Of a DNA stretch of 64,000 bases, positions 20,877 through 30,559 are shown in pieces. Each line of letters begins with the position of its first letter. Within the stretch, counting starts at the first letter, position 1. Below the pieces are notes generated by a model, which was not told the DNA's origin, searched no databases, and was given only the letters and a program-made list of their open reading frames with translations. The stretch comes from Ostreococcus lucimarinus (Eukaryota). The stretch lies in assembly GCA_000092065.1 (NCBI GenBank), contig CP000581.1, one strand, 5' to 3'. The position numbers and the translations under genes are program-made.

Positions 20877-22094
20877 ATGCGCCTCCGCGCCCCCGCGCCC
20901 TCGGTCGCGCCTCGTCCCGTCCCGAGCCGCGCGCGCGAGCGACGACGCGCGCCCTCCCGCGCGCGCGCGTCGTCGACCGCGCGAGACGACGCGCTGCGCG
21001 GTTGCACCGAGTGTTCGCTCCCGAACGAGCGCGCGCGCGCGGACGCCGTCGCGCGCGCGATGGCGCTCCCCGACACCGGACACGCGCGCGCGCTCGTCGT
21101 CGGCGTCGAGACTGGAATGCTCGCGCGAGCGCTGACGACGGACGACGGCGCGCGGTGCACGGTGCTGTGCGCGGACGCGTCGACGGCGATGCTCGAGCGC
21201 GGGGCGGAGACGGTGGGCGCGCCGCGGGCGCTGCGGGCGGGCGTGGACGTGTTAGGGAACGAGAGAGGGGCGCGATTCCTGCGCGCGGACGATGCGTTGA
21301 AAGAGTTGAAGCCGTACCACGGACCGTTCGATGCGGTGGCGTTTAACGCGCACCTGTGCGATCGAGGCGAGGCGAGGCGAACGGCGCTGACGCGAGCGAC
21401 GATGGCGCTCAAGCCGGGGGGACGGATGGTGATTTCTGAGCGTAAGGCGGGCGATGCCGAGGGCTCCGACGTCGATGGTGGGTTAGATTTCGCGGAAATC
21501 GTGCGCGATTTGCCGCTGGCGCGCGTGGACGCGAGTGGGTCGTGTTCGGGGAAGGATTTGAGCGCCGCGGCGACGGCGACGGCGATACGCGCGGACGACG
21601 ATGAGAATCCCTTGGTGCTCATGGTGCCTAAATTCTACGAGTTGGCGAATAGATTCACGCTCGAGGCGCCCGTGGTCACCGGGTTCGGTCGAGGGAGTAA
21701 ACAGATGGGGGTGCCGACGGCGAACTTGGACCCGGAGACGTGCGGCGGCGAGGCGGTTTTGAGCGCGCTTCCGCTCGGCGTGTATTTCGGTTGGGCCAAA
21801 CGCGAAGGCGAGTCAAACTGGCACGAGTGCGTGCTTAACGTCGGTAAGCGACCGACGTTTGTCGACGGCGACGGGACGACGATCGAGGTGCACGTCATGG
21901 GCGCGAGCGACGCGACGCCGGAGTACGAGGACGATTTTTACGGCGAAACCATGCGCGTCGACGTGTGCGGATTCATCCGTCCCGAGTTGCGATTCGATTC
22001 CTTGCCCGAACTCGTGGCGCGCATCAAGACCGATATCGGCCTCGCGCGTAACGCGTTGGCGTCGGGCGCGCACGCGCGACCGTCGTCTTCCTAG
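20877..22094 (+). CDS. Fusion protein: class I SAM methyltransferase-like N-terminal domain plus C-terminal riboflavin kinase (flavokinase).
   Basis: C-terminus VVTGFGRGSKQMGVPTANLDPE...LPLGVYFGWAK...VLNVGKRPTF...TIEVHVMG...DFYGETMRVDVCGFIRPELRFDSLPELVARIKTDI is a riboflavin kinase signature. N-terminus ALVVGVETGMLARAL...FDAVAFNAHL...LKPGGRMVISE resembles MTase motifs I to III. ATG at 20877. Confidence 0.75.
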   Translation: MRLRAPAPSVAPRPVPSRARERRRAPSRARASSTARDDALRGCTECSLPNERARADAVARAMALPDTGHARALVVGVETGMLARALTTDDGARCTVLCADASTAMLERGAETVGAPRALRAGVDVLGNERGARFLRADDALKELKPYHGPFDAVAFNAHLCDRGEARRTALTRATMALKPGGRMVISERKAGDAEGSDVDGGLDFAEIVRDLPLARVDASGSCSGKDLSAAATATAIRADDDENPLVLMVPKFYELANRFTLEAPVVTGFGRGSKQMGVPTANLDPETCGGEAVLSALPLGVYFGWAKREGESNWHECVLNVGKRPTFVDGDGTTIEVHVMGASDATPEYEDDFYGETMRVDVCGFIRPELRFDSLPELVARIKTDIGLARNALASGAHARPSSS

Positions 22095-22321
22095 ACTTGT
22101 TAGAGGCGGAATCGCGAGAGAAGATTTTATCGTGTATTTTCTGTTAAAATCAAAAGCCGTTCGTTCGCGCGCGTCGGCGCGGCGCGACGTCCATCGGAGT
22201 GATACGCGTCCAACGAATCATCGTTGAAATAACTTTCGAGCACCACTCGTCACCGTCATCGCGCGCGCGCCCTCGCGAACTCAACCTTTATCCACAGTCC
22301 ATCCGAGCGCGCGTCGTCCGC

Positions 22322-22642
22322 CTACGCCGCCGCCTTCATGACTTCTTCGATAAACTTACCGAGCTTCCCTTCCGGTCCACCCTTACCGTCGACCAAGTGC
22401 GAGCCATCCGCCTTCTTGGAGTACAAAAGCTCGTCGGTGTCCAATCGCAGAACCTCAAACGCCCCCTTTCTCCACAGCGCGCTCTCCCCGCCCGGAATCG
22501 GCTTCTCCGCGTTATTCTCAATGTACCACCCCTGTCCCTCCGGCACCGTCGCCCTCAGCACCTCCTCGACGTTGTACGTGAAATCAAACTTCCCCGGGCA
22601 CGCGTCGTTCGTCTTATCGATGAACATCTTCACCCGAGGCAT
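22322..22642 (-). CDS. Small hypothetical protein (106 aa), strongly coding-like.
   Basis: ATG verified at 22642. MPRVKMFIDKTNDACPGKFDFTYNVEEVLRATVPEGQGWYIENNAEKPIPGG... Codon use is typical of neighbouring genes. No family recognised. Confidence 0.6.
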   Translation of the reverse strand: MPRVKMFIDKTNDACPGKFDFTYNVEEVLRATVPEGQGWYIENNAEKPIPGGESALWRKGAFEVLRLDTDELLYSKKADGSHLVDGKGGPEGKLGKFIEEVMKAAA

Positions 22643-23391
22643 GTAGTTTCACTTTTCGCAGTACTCGATGTGGATCGGAATCCCCGCGCGCGTCTGCGCG
22701 CGTCGTCCGGTGCGTCCTCGCGTCGCGCGCGCGCGCGCTCTCGACGCCACCGTCGCGCCGCCGGTCGCGAACGCCTGCGCGCGCTGCGCGAGCATCGTCG
22801 TCGTCGTCGTCGTCGTCGACTGCCGTCGCCGCGCGCGCGTCGAGGGGGTGTCGGGTGTCGTCGCTTCGCGCAGGGGGCCATCGCGTGTGGGCAAACAGTG
22901 AGATGACGCGACGCGGGGCGACCGTTTCGTATGCGTACACAGTAAGAACACGCGGTCGGTCGGTCGCGGTCGGTCGGCGCGACCGCGACCGCGCCTCGAC
23001 GCGCGCGACGCCGCGCACGACGACGCGCGACCGCGACCGCGACGCGAACGTCGACGCGCGAGAGACGACCCGTCGGTCGGTCGCGAATCGCGAATCGCGC
23101 GCGCGTCGCGCGAATCGCGCGCGAGTAACGCGCGACGCTTGGATTCCACGCCCACGCGCCACGCGCGCGAATCCGACGCGCGCGAATCCGACGGCGCGTC
23201 GGCGAGGCGACGCGCGGCGCGGGCATAGGATCGCGCGGCGTCGTCGAGGGATCGCGCGCGGCGTCGGACTCGCGCGACGCGATCGCGCGACGCGCGGGAC
23301 CGGGCGACGACGAGCGGGCGCGTGCACATTCGTGCGGGTGCACATTTCCACGAGTCGTGACTCGTCGCATAAGGGACGCCGATCCGCCCGG

Positions 23392-24582
23392 ATGCGGGGC
23401 CGATTCGGCGCGGATTCGAGGGCGATGGCGATGGCGATGCGACGGGTGGAGTCCATGCCGGAGCTCGGCGAAGCGCGCGCGAGCGCGAGTCAAGAGACGG
23501 CGCGCGCGCTGAGATCGGCGAAAAATAGCGATGAGAGCACGGAGGATGCGTTCGCGATGGCGACGAGCGAGGCGGCGGGCGACGACGAAGACGCGAGGGC
23601 GGAGCGAGACGAAGCGACGAAGACGCGAGAGGCGACGGCGCGCGCGCGCGGCGACGAGACGACCGCGGACGAGCGCTGTTTTGTCGATCGAGAACCCACG
23701 GTGTTGATCGTGGATGATTGTTCGATGAATTTGCGCATCGTGAGCAGGGTGTTGGCGGCGATTTTTAGCGACGTACGCGTCGAGTTCGCGCACGACGGTC
23801 GGGAGGGTATCAAGCGGTACGAAGAGTTACGGAACGATGTGTCGTGTGATTTAGCGCTCATCATCGTGGATTATAACATGCCTTGGTGCGATGGGGTAAC
23901 GGCGTCCAAGTATGTGCGGGCGTTGGAGGAACGACACAACAGTCGCGCGCGCGAGCAATCCGACGTCGCCGCCCTTTGGCGGCGAGTGCCCATCGTGATG
24001 TACACAACCGAACTACACGTCATTCTGCCGGCTTTGGTAGATGGCACGATTGACGATCGGTTGCCAAAGGTGTGCACGCGAGAGATGTTTTCGAGATCAG
24101 TCGTGCGCCATCTCGCGCCTCGGCACGCTCGATGGGTGCTGCCAGAATGGCGCGGAATCGAGTCGAGGGCGGCTCGGTTTAGTTGCAACGACGTCGCCAA
24201 CGTGGAGTTGGAATTAGACATGCGCAGTCGCGCTTTCGTATCGTTCGACGATGCGATCCAAGGGAAGAGTGTGAAAAAGCGTCATCGTCAAAGAGACGAA
24301 GAACCGCCGGCAAACGGTGCCAAGTCGCTTCGAGGGCTCGACGGAGAGATTATCGTTTTAGGTTCGTCATCGGCGGAGGTGTCGAGCGATCACAACCGGG
24401 GGCTTCTGAAGCGTCTCTCGAGATCGTTTAATAAGTTGTTCAAGTCGAAAAGCTCCACGCCGACGGCGAGAGCGAAACTAAAAGAGGATAAACGCGCGGC
24501 GCTGTCGAAAAAATTTGAAACGACGGGTGCTTCCTCGTTGCATACATCCCTGGACAACGCTTTTCCTCGATATAGCATGTAG
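23392..24582 (+). CDS. Response-regulator receiver (REC) domain protein.
   Basis: TVLIVDDCSMNLRIVSRVL...VRVEFAHDGREGIKRYEEL...DLALIIVDYNMPWCDGVTASKYVRALEE (CheY-like REC with a phospho-acceptor Asp). The ORF-track start at 22855 is GTG. ATG chosen at 23392 after the GC-rich low-complexity leader. Confidence 0.6.
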   Translation: MRGRFGADSRAMAMAMRRVESMPELGEARASASQETARALRSAKNSDESTEDAFAMATSEAAGDDEDARAERDEATKTREATARARGDETTADERCFVDREPTVLIVDDCSMNLRIVSRVLAAIFSDVRVEFAHDGREGIKRYEELRNDVSCDLALIIVDYNMPWCDGVTASKYVRALEERHNSRAREQSDVAALWRRVPIVMYTTELHVILPALVDGTIDDRLPKVCTREMFSRSVVRHLAPRHARWVLPEWRGIESRAARFSCNDVANVELELDMRSRAFVSFDDAIQGKSVKKRHRQRDEEPPANGAKSLRGLDGEIIVLGSSSAEVSSDHNRGLLKRLSRSFNKLFKSKSSTPTARAKLKEDKRAALSKKFETTGASSLHTSLDNAFPRYSM

Positions 24583-24659
24583 CGAGGATGTATTTCGTTA
24601 AATAAATGTACATTCATGATATTTACAATTCACTATGGTGCGCCATCATCAACGCCTCA

Positions 24660-27600
24660 TCAACGCAACAGTTTTCTCGGCAACAAGGTCTCGTCGATGA
24701 TGTCCTTCGGCACGTCCGAAGCCTTCCCAGAAAACGCGGCGTGTATAGCGGATATTTGCGTCGCTCTGACTTTCCGAGCAAGAATGGCTTCCTCTTTAAC
24801 GTCGTGCTCGCTCGCCAACGTGATTGCCTCGGTCGTGTCGTACGAGGATCGCTTGTCCGCCGCACTGGGAGATTTGGCGGCGACTCGTTGCGCAAAGACT
24901 TCGATTTGGCCGGGGAACCTTCGATGCACGTAATCGAGTTCAGCCGTAGATTTAAACCCAAGAACGCGCGTTTCGTCGACGGGAGGGAGGGTATCGGCCT
25001 TCGATTCTTCCTTGTTTGGCCAAATCCATGTGCCAAACGTCTCGCTCGTGCCCTGATCCGCGAGGATGGAGTTCACCTTGCGCTCGCGGTTCGATTCAAT
25101 CGTCACGTGACGCTTGTGACCGGCTCCGTCGTGCATGGCGCGCACCACTCTATTCTTGAACGGTTCGAGTCGATCGATTGTGTTTTCACTTTCTGGCGGT
25201 GCGGCTACGATGCCGAATCCCTCCTTGCCTTTGATGAGCCATCTGCCCGCCGACGCCGCTTCCGTGCGGTTGACGACATACGGGAAATTTGTCTGCGAAC
25301 GGTACGATGATCGCGCGCCGAACTCAGATAACATCCTCGCAATATTGAGTCGAGTACTGATGACGCTCTGATACCGCTTTTGCGACGCCTTGAACAAATC
25401 TTCCGCGGTACCCCACAAGTAGAGCACACTGCCGTGGTGCACACGCGCATCGACGGCTCTGGGTCCATCGATCGCTTGGAGGGAGATGGACGTGGGATCA
25501 GCGCCTTCCATGAGCATGTGCTTGACAATGTCTTCACAGCCGAGCTCTCTGGCTTCGGCTCGAATGGCCGCCGTGACCGCCCACATGAGTGGATAGCTTC
25601 GCATTCCGATTGATCTCTCCGGGTCGAGTACGAAGTTGTCGTTCAAAGTTTCGTCGAGCGCCGTCTTATCGCCTTGTTCGACGTATCGCTCGCGTAGCTC
25701 TTTGTACCTCCGCATCCGATGCGCTTTGAGCTGGTTTCGCGCATTCGAATACGCTTCCGGGGCGAGCACAGAATGCAAACCAATCTTATCGACGTTGGCG
25801 CCCTTGTTGATGCAAATCTTGGCGAGCGTTATGCCGACCGCCAGTTGCTCTTGCGACTTGGCTGTGGCGGCGCCGTACAGCGCGGCAAATAGAGGCGTGA
25901 ATTCGTAAGGAACCAAACCAACGCCATAACTCTCTAGTAAAGGGTTCCTGGCGAAGGCATCGATGTTATCAGCACTGCACTTCTCTAAAAGTTTGATCGC
26001 GACGGCCAAAGTGGTCTTTTGTCGGGAAGCGTGTCGGAGTTCAAGCTCTTCCCGCGTCAATGGACGAGCCGATTCCCACTCCGCTTCGATCAGCATCTGC
26101 TCTTCCCGGTCAGCTTCGCTCGGTGCACCGATTTTATCGACGTCATCATAGAGTTTGTCCATCTCTGTTTGATCAAATTCTTCAGGGAACTCGTCATCCG
26201 AAGGCCAGTAAGCGCTCCCCTCGTTCCTTGACTCGTATGATTCACCGCCAGAGGTGAGAAGAGTAGCAGTTTCTTCTTTAACCACCGCCGCGGATATGTT
26301 TTGTCTCACCTCCATGTTCATCCTGGACGAAATCATCGTCGTCGTTTCGATTCCACTCTTAGTCACTTTGACTTGTGAATCTGACCCCGTCGCGCTTTGT
26401 CGTTTTACACCGAAATTTTGCAAGCCTTTTGGAATTATCCCATGGACCATTCGATTGAGTTCGGTCTGTCTCTTTTCTTCTTCTTCGTTGATAGCCCAAT
26501 CTAGTTCTTTAGTGTCCGCAGCTTGGAGTTGCTCTTCAAGATCATCGTCTGTTTGCGGATCCGAGTCGTACACGTTCTTATCGACCGAACTCGACCACCA
26601 CGTACTTGACCGTACTTGACCACCACGTACGGTGTTGTTTGGATTGACGAATCGCTGTCGTATCTCGTGTGCTCTTCGTTCATTCTCTTTCCGGGTTATC
26701 TCAAGAGCCCTCGTCTCGAAAGACGTATGGCCGACGACCACTGTTCGCACGAGGCCTGGAATATCTCGGCGCGCGGCGATGCTTGCTGGTCCAAATCTTG
26801 AGCCTTTTGGACGAATCACGCCCTGCACCATGCTCATTTTAGGCACAATTTTCGTGGGTACAGCTTCAGTATCAGCATTGACGTCTTCAGGCGCCTCCTC
26901 GACCGTGTACACTCGTCCATCGTCTGGACGCTCGGGACGCAACGCGTCGAGCACGGTCCGTCGCCGCAACGCACTGATATCTATGTCGTCATTTACCCCA
27001 CCGAGAATACGCGCTTCATTTCTTTTGGTAACCTTTTCGTAGAAACTCGGTTCCTCCTCGCCCTGATCATATACTCGGGTACTCTGCCTTCTGAACGCCG
27101 CGTGCTCGAGGGCATTTGAAATGGTGTTGTCGAATTTGTCTTCCTCCGTTTCCTTTGTTTTTGGTTGTTCTTGATTGGCAGCTTGATTCAAACGAAGCAA
27201 AACTTCCCCAACGTTGAGCCTTTCGAAGTTTGTTTCGTCTTCTGGTGCTGGAAGCGGCGCCGCGGCTTCGACGGCCGCTGCGATAGCCATGGCCACGAGA
27301 TTGCCTTCAATCCATGAGTGGAAATTTTTGTGCATCATCCGCCGAACCATCGCGCCAGCATCGAGAAGGCGCACGACCAACTCCACGGCTTCTTTATGGC
27401 CTTCTTTGGCCGCGGCCTCGATGGCCCAGAACAAAGGTGGATATTGGCACTCGCCTGAACGATGAGGAAGCGCTGGGAAAGGCGCGCCGAAATCAAAGTT
27501 CTTCACAGAGCCAAACATGGACGATCTGACTGATGCATCATCGTCAGTATCGCCTGACTCTTTGATTTTCTTTAGTCTTGTCACCTCTTCGAATACTTTT

Positions 27601-30416
27601 CCGAAATCCAGAGAGCTCAGTTCGCCATCGCTCAGATCTTCGTGCTCGCCGGGGTGAGGCGGAACGAGCTCCATTGATGGCTGACGCACTCGATGTACAA
27701 TGGATGCGACTTGCGCATTTTCCTCGGCACGTGCGCAAAGAAGTGTACGTTCTGGCATCATAGCGAATGTTACCGCCGGTACCTGATGATTTGTAATCTT
27801 AATCGCCTCAATGTATGCCTCTGGAATTTTCTCGCTGTAAACTTCGATGCAACACAAATTTGGATCGGCGCCACGTTCGAGTACTTGTTTAATCAATCTA
27901 AGAATTCGCTGACGATCCGACTTGCCCGCACGCAAAGCGTGAATGAGCTGTATTAGTGTTGTTCCTTTACTTCCATCCGGAAAGAGTGCCTTCAGGTCCA
28001 CGGATACGTTATACTTTAAAAGCTTCTCAAAGGCTTCTTCGGCGCCATCAACGCCGTGATAAATCGCCATCGCGAGCGTAAAGAGAGGTGGTGCGGCGAT
28101 CGGATAAGGACCTAGACCTCGTGCATTGACGTCAATGTTGGTTTCTAGTAACATTTCGAAGAGCGGGTACGCCTCTTGCATGTCTCTTGCGATGTAACCG
28201 CTAACCATACACAGAGGCGTGGTTGTCGTTTCCGCGCACGTGTGTGCGAACTCGCGGTTGAGCGTCATGCGGACGTTCGGATTCGCGCCCCGCTTCAACA
28301 GTGATTTGGCAAGATCGAGACAGTCGAGTCTCGCCTGCGTCGGTCTGTTGAAGACAACGGCCTTCTCTTCTTCTTCTCCCTGAGCTAGCGCCAATGCTGT
28401 TGTGACATCGCCGATGGCTTTTTCCGAGCTGTCAATGAGAGAAAATGTCACGTTTTTCGCCGTTTCAACAAGCAGCTCGAATCTGCCTAGACGAGCCGCT
28501 CGCGCTTTCGCACGTATTCGTTTCAACTCTTCCGGATCTTCATGGTCCAAGAACACCCCCGACTTGGATTTCATCATGTACTCTGTAAAGCCAACGACGA
28601 AGGTATTCCCATCCTCGTCTGTGTATTGCGTCGCCCCTTTTGCAGCAAGCGTCTCCTCATTATCTCCCTCAGGCTCAGATTCGGATACTTGTTGCTGCTC
28701 TTCGATAACGCTATTTTGTTGCGCTTTCTCCGCCTGTGCGATTGCGGCGGCAATTCTAGCGGCTTTTCTATCGCGCTCCGCCTCGGCGGCAATTTCCTCA
28801 TCCGTCATGATCATTTCTTTTTTCCTCTCCGTTTCAAATTCCTCGCGCCGCGCCACGGCACCTCGACCATCAAACGCGGCATCGTTAATATCAGGTATAT
28901 ATTCATCCAGTGCACTCAAATCTTCGGCGTCAACGGCCGAAAGTGCCCGCCACGACCCTTCGCCTTTGGACAACTGCGAGCCTAAAACACTTCCCATGTC
29001 TGAGACGTTCGCTTTCACGGCGGCTGATTCCCACCAAGTTCTCGTTTCTATGAAACCGAGACTATTGAACGAACACGGTGCATCTATGGCGTCTATCACC
29101 ATGGCAAGCAAAGGTAATTTTCGGCCGTGATGCGATCGGGCGCCGACGTAGTCGTCGGTGATTTTATCCAACTTTTCTAAAAGCAAATCCATCAGTGCAA
29201 TCGCGACTGTACCTACTCCTTCCGCGATGGCGCACGCTAAAATGAAAATCGCTGGCCCTCGCATTAGCGTGTGTATCTCTACCGGCGCTATACGGCGATC
29301 TGCCAATTCCTCCACGCTGAGCCGGTGCGTGAAGGTTGAATCTATGTTCAGCTTGACGTCATCGCAACCTTGTATTATCAGCCCCGCAAGCTTCGCTATC
29401 CGACATTTTCGCTCGTACTCCATCTCGTACGGAATGCTAGACTCGAGCGCAGCGCAACACACATTTAGTGGAGTGAGAAATTTTCCACAGCACGCATGCC
29501 TACCTGGTCGCTCGCACTCGGCATTTGCGCTCGCGCCTCGACTAGTCAATCGAGCCGCCAGAGACAGCACGTCGTCTCCGGCGCCCGAGATGATGGCCAG
29601 CGCACAAAAGAACAGAGGTGAGCCATATGTGCCCGGGACCCCGGCGTAGGGCGCGATGCGGTTATCTGCGATCGCACCCGTCTCCGGCTGTATTTTGTAC
29701 ATGCCGTTCGCGCTCGCGCCCGCGGCGAGCATCGCCGTCGCGAATTCCACAATCGCCCCTGAACTTTGAGCGAACGAATCTCCTCGCTCACCCACGCTCT
29801 TACGAATCGCCGCCACTTTCTCTGCGTAGAGCGCACCCTCCTCGTCAGCCTCCTCTAACGCCCGTTCGTGATGCTTGTCTCTCGTCATCTCCCGCGCGTC
29901 TCGCGTTCTCCGCTCGCTCGGCGTCAGCATCCTCGACTCCAACATCGAGCACAACAGCGCGAGCGGCGAGATCCCTTTCCCATGGTTCATTCGATTCCCC
30001 ACCGCATCTAAATCGCACTCAAACTGCACCAACGATTCGAACAATGGTCGCACTTCGCTCGCGCTCGCGCCCTCCACCATCGCGCACGTCAACAACCACG
30101 TCGCCCTTCCGCTCGTCCCATCGCTCATCACTTCGTTCTCCTCCAGCGCGGCCGCGTCCACGCCACCGTCCGCCATCGCATCCGTCTCGTGCTCCGCTTG
30201 TTGGATCGCCAACCGCACGCGCGCGAGCTTTTCGTTGCGCTTGTGTTCGGCGAGTTTGCTCGCGACGTGGACGCGCTCGGCGACCGCGCGCGCGACGCTG
30301 TCCGACGTCGTCTCGGCCGTGGAGCTCGCCCAGGCGGGGAAGGACGCGGACGTCGATCCATTCGAGCGATGACGGCGCGCCGACGACGCGTCGCTCGCGC
30401 GCGGCGGCGCGGACAT
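24660..30416 (-). CDS. Single-exon 1918-aa protein built from degenerate ankyrin-like repeats with long inserts.
   Basis: Continuous ORF. Recurring LL..GA..N-type blocks (LLDAGAMV, VLERGADPNL, LLKRGANPNV, CINKGANVDK, MLMEGADPTS, MLAAGASANG, LTSRGASANA). ATG at 30416; the ORF-track start at 30455 is GTG. Confidence 0.65.
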   Translation of the reverse strand: MSAPPRASDASSARRHRSNGSTSASFPAWASSTAETTSDSVARAVAERVHVASKLAEHKRNEKLARVRLAIQQAEHETDAMADGGVDAAALEENEVMSDGTSGRATWLLTCAMVEGASASEVRPLFESLVQFECDLDAVGNRMNHGKGISPLALLCSMLESRMLTPSERRTRDAREMTRDKHHERALEEADEEGALYAEKVAAIRKSVGERGDSFAQSSGAIVEFATAMLAAGASANGMYKIQPETGAIADNRIAPYAGVPGTYGSPLFFCALAIISGAGDDVLSLAARLTSRGASANAECERPGRHACCGKFLTPLNVCCAALESSIPYEMEYERKCRIAKLAGLIIQGCDDVKLNIDSTFTHRLSVEELADRRIAPVEIHTLMRGPAIFILACAIAEGVGTVAIALMDLLLEKLDKITDDYVGARSHHGRKLPLLAMVIDAIDAPCSFNSLGFIETRTWWESAAVKANVSDMGSVLGSQLSKGEGSWRALSAVDAEDLSALDEYIPDINDAAFDGRGAVARREEFETERKKEMIMTDEEIAAEAERDRKAARIAAAIAQAEKAQQNSVIEEQQQVSESEPEGDNEETLAAKGATQYTDEDGNTFVVGFTEYMMKSKSGVFLDHEDPEELKRIRAKARAARLGRFELLVETAKNVTFSLIDSSEKAIGDVTTALALAQGEEEEKAVVFNRPTQARLDCLDLAKSLLKRGANPNVRMTLNREFAHTCAETTTTPLCMVSGYIARDMQEAYPLFEMLLETNIDVNARGLGPYPIAAPPLFTLAMAIYHGVDGAEEAFEKLLKYNVSVDLKALFPDGSKGTTLIQLIHALRAGKSDRQRILRLIKQVLERGADPNLCCIEVYSEKIPEAYIEAIKITNHQVPAVTFAMMPERTLLCARAEENAQVASIVHRVRQPSMELVPPHPGEHEDLSDGELSSLDFGKVFEEVTRLKKIKESGDTDDDASVRSSMFGSVKNFDFGAPFPALPHRSGECQYPPLFWAIEAAAKEGHKEAVELVVRLLDAGAMVRRMMHKNFHSWIEGNLVAMAIAAAVEAAAPLPAPEDETNFERLNVGEVLLRLNQAANQEQPKTKETEEDKFDNTISNALEHAAFRRQSTRVYDQGEEEPSFYEKVTKRNEARILGGVNDDIDISALRRRTVLDALRPERPDDGRVYTVEEAPEDVNADTEAVPTKIVPKMSMVQGVIRPKGSRFGPASIAARRDIPGLVRTVVVGHTSFETRALEITRKENERRAHEIRQRFVNPNNTVRGGQVRSSTWWSSSVDKNVYDSDPQTDDDLEEQLQAADTKELDWAINEEEEKRQTELNRMVHGIIPKGLQNFGVKRQSATGSDSQVKVTKSGIETTTMISSRMNMEVRQNISAAVVKEETATLLTSGGESYESRNEGSAYWPSDDEFPEEFDQTEMDKLYDDVDKIGAPSEADREEQMLIEAEWESARPLTREELELRHASRQKTTLAVAIKLLEKCSADNIDAFARNPLLESYGVGLVPYEFTPLFAALYGAATAKSQEQLAVGITLAKICINKGANVDKIGLHSVLAPEAYSNARNQLKAHRMRRYKELRERYVEQGDKTALDETLNDNFVLDPERSIGMRSYPLMWAVTAAIRAEARELGCEDIVKHMLMEGADPTSISLQAIDGPRAVDARVHHGSVLYLWGTAEDLFKASQKRYQSVISTRLNIARMLSEFGARSSYRSQTNFPYVVNRTEAASAGRWLIKGKEGFGIVAAPPESENTIDRLEPFKNRVVRAMHDGAGHKRHVTIESNRERKVNSILADQGTSETFGTWIWPNKEESKADTLPPVDETRVLGFKSTAELDYVHRRFPGQIEVFAQRVAAKSPSAADKRSSYDTTEAITLASEHDVKEEAILARKVRATQISAIHAAFSGKASDVPKDIIDETLLPRKLLR

Positions 30417-30559
30417 CGCGCGCGCCGGGCTCTGCCGCGCGTTTAGTGTTACCACGACGCGACGTAGAGTGCGCGGGTTTTAGTCCATGTTCGAGGCGCG
30501 GTGTGCGTTCGGTAATCGGACATTCGGTGTATGCGTTTTTAGTTTGAGTATTAAAAGAA
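30417..30559. promoter_or_regulatory. Putative bidirectional promoter between the ankyrin-like gene and SMC5.
   Basis: 143-bp head-to-head interval between verified ATGs at 30416 (-) and 30560 (+), relatively AT-rich (tagtttgagtattaaaagaaATG). Confidence 0.4.

Noticed and set aside
4352-30455. ORF-track start positions shown as M for many ORFs (e.g. 4352, 1795, 5472, 7639, 10145, 18194, 30455, 33953, 35846, 44586, 58479).
   Set aside because: Nucleotide inspection shows these first codons are GTG or TTG. They are not valid nuclear initiation codons. Starts were moved to the first in-frame ATG, or an intron was inferred.
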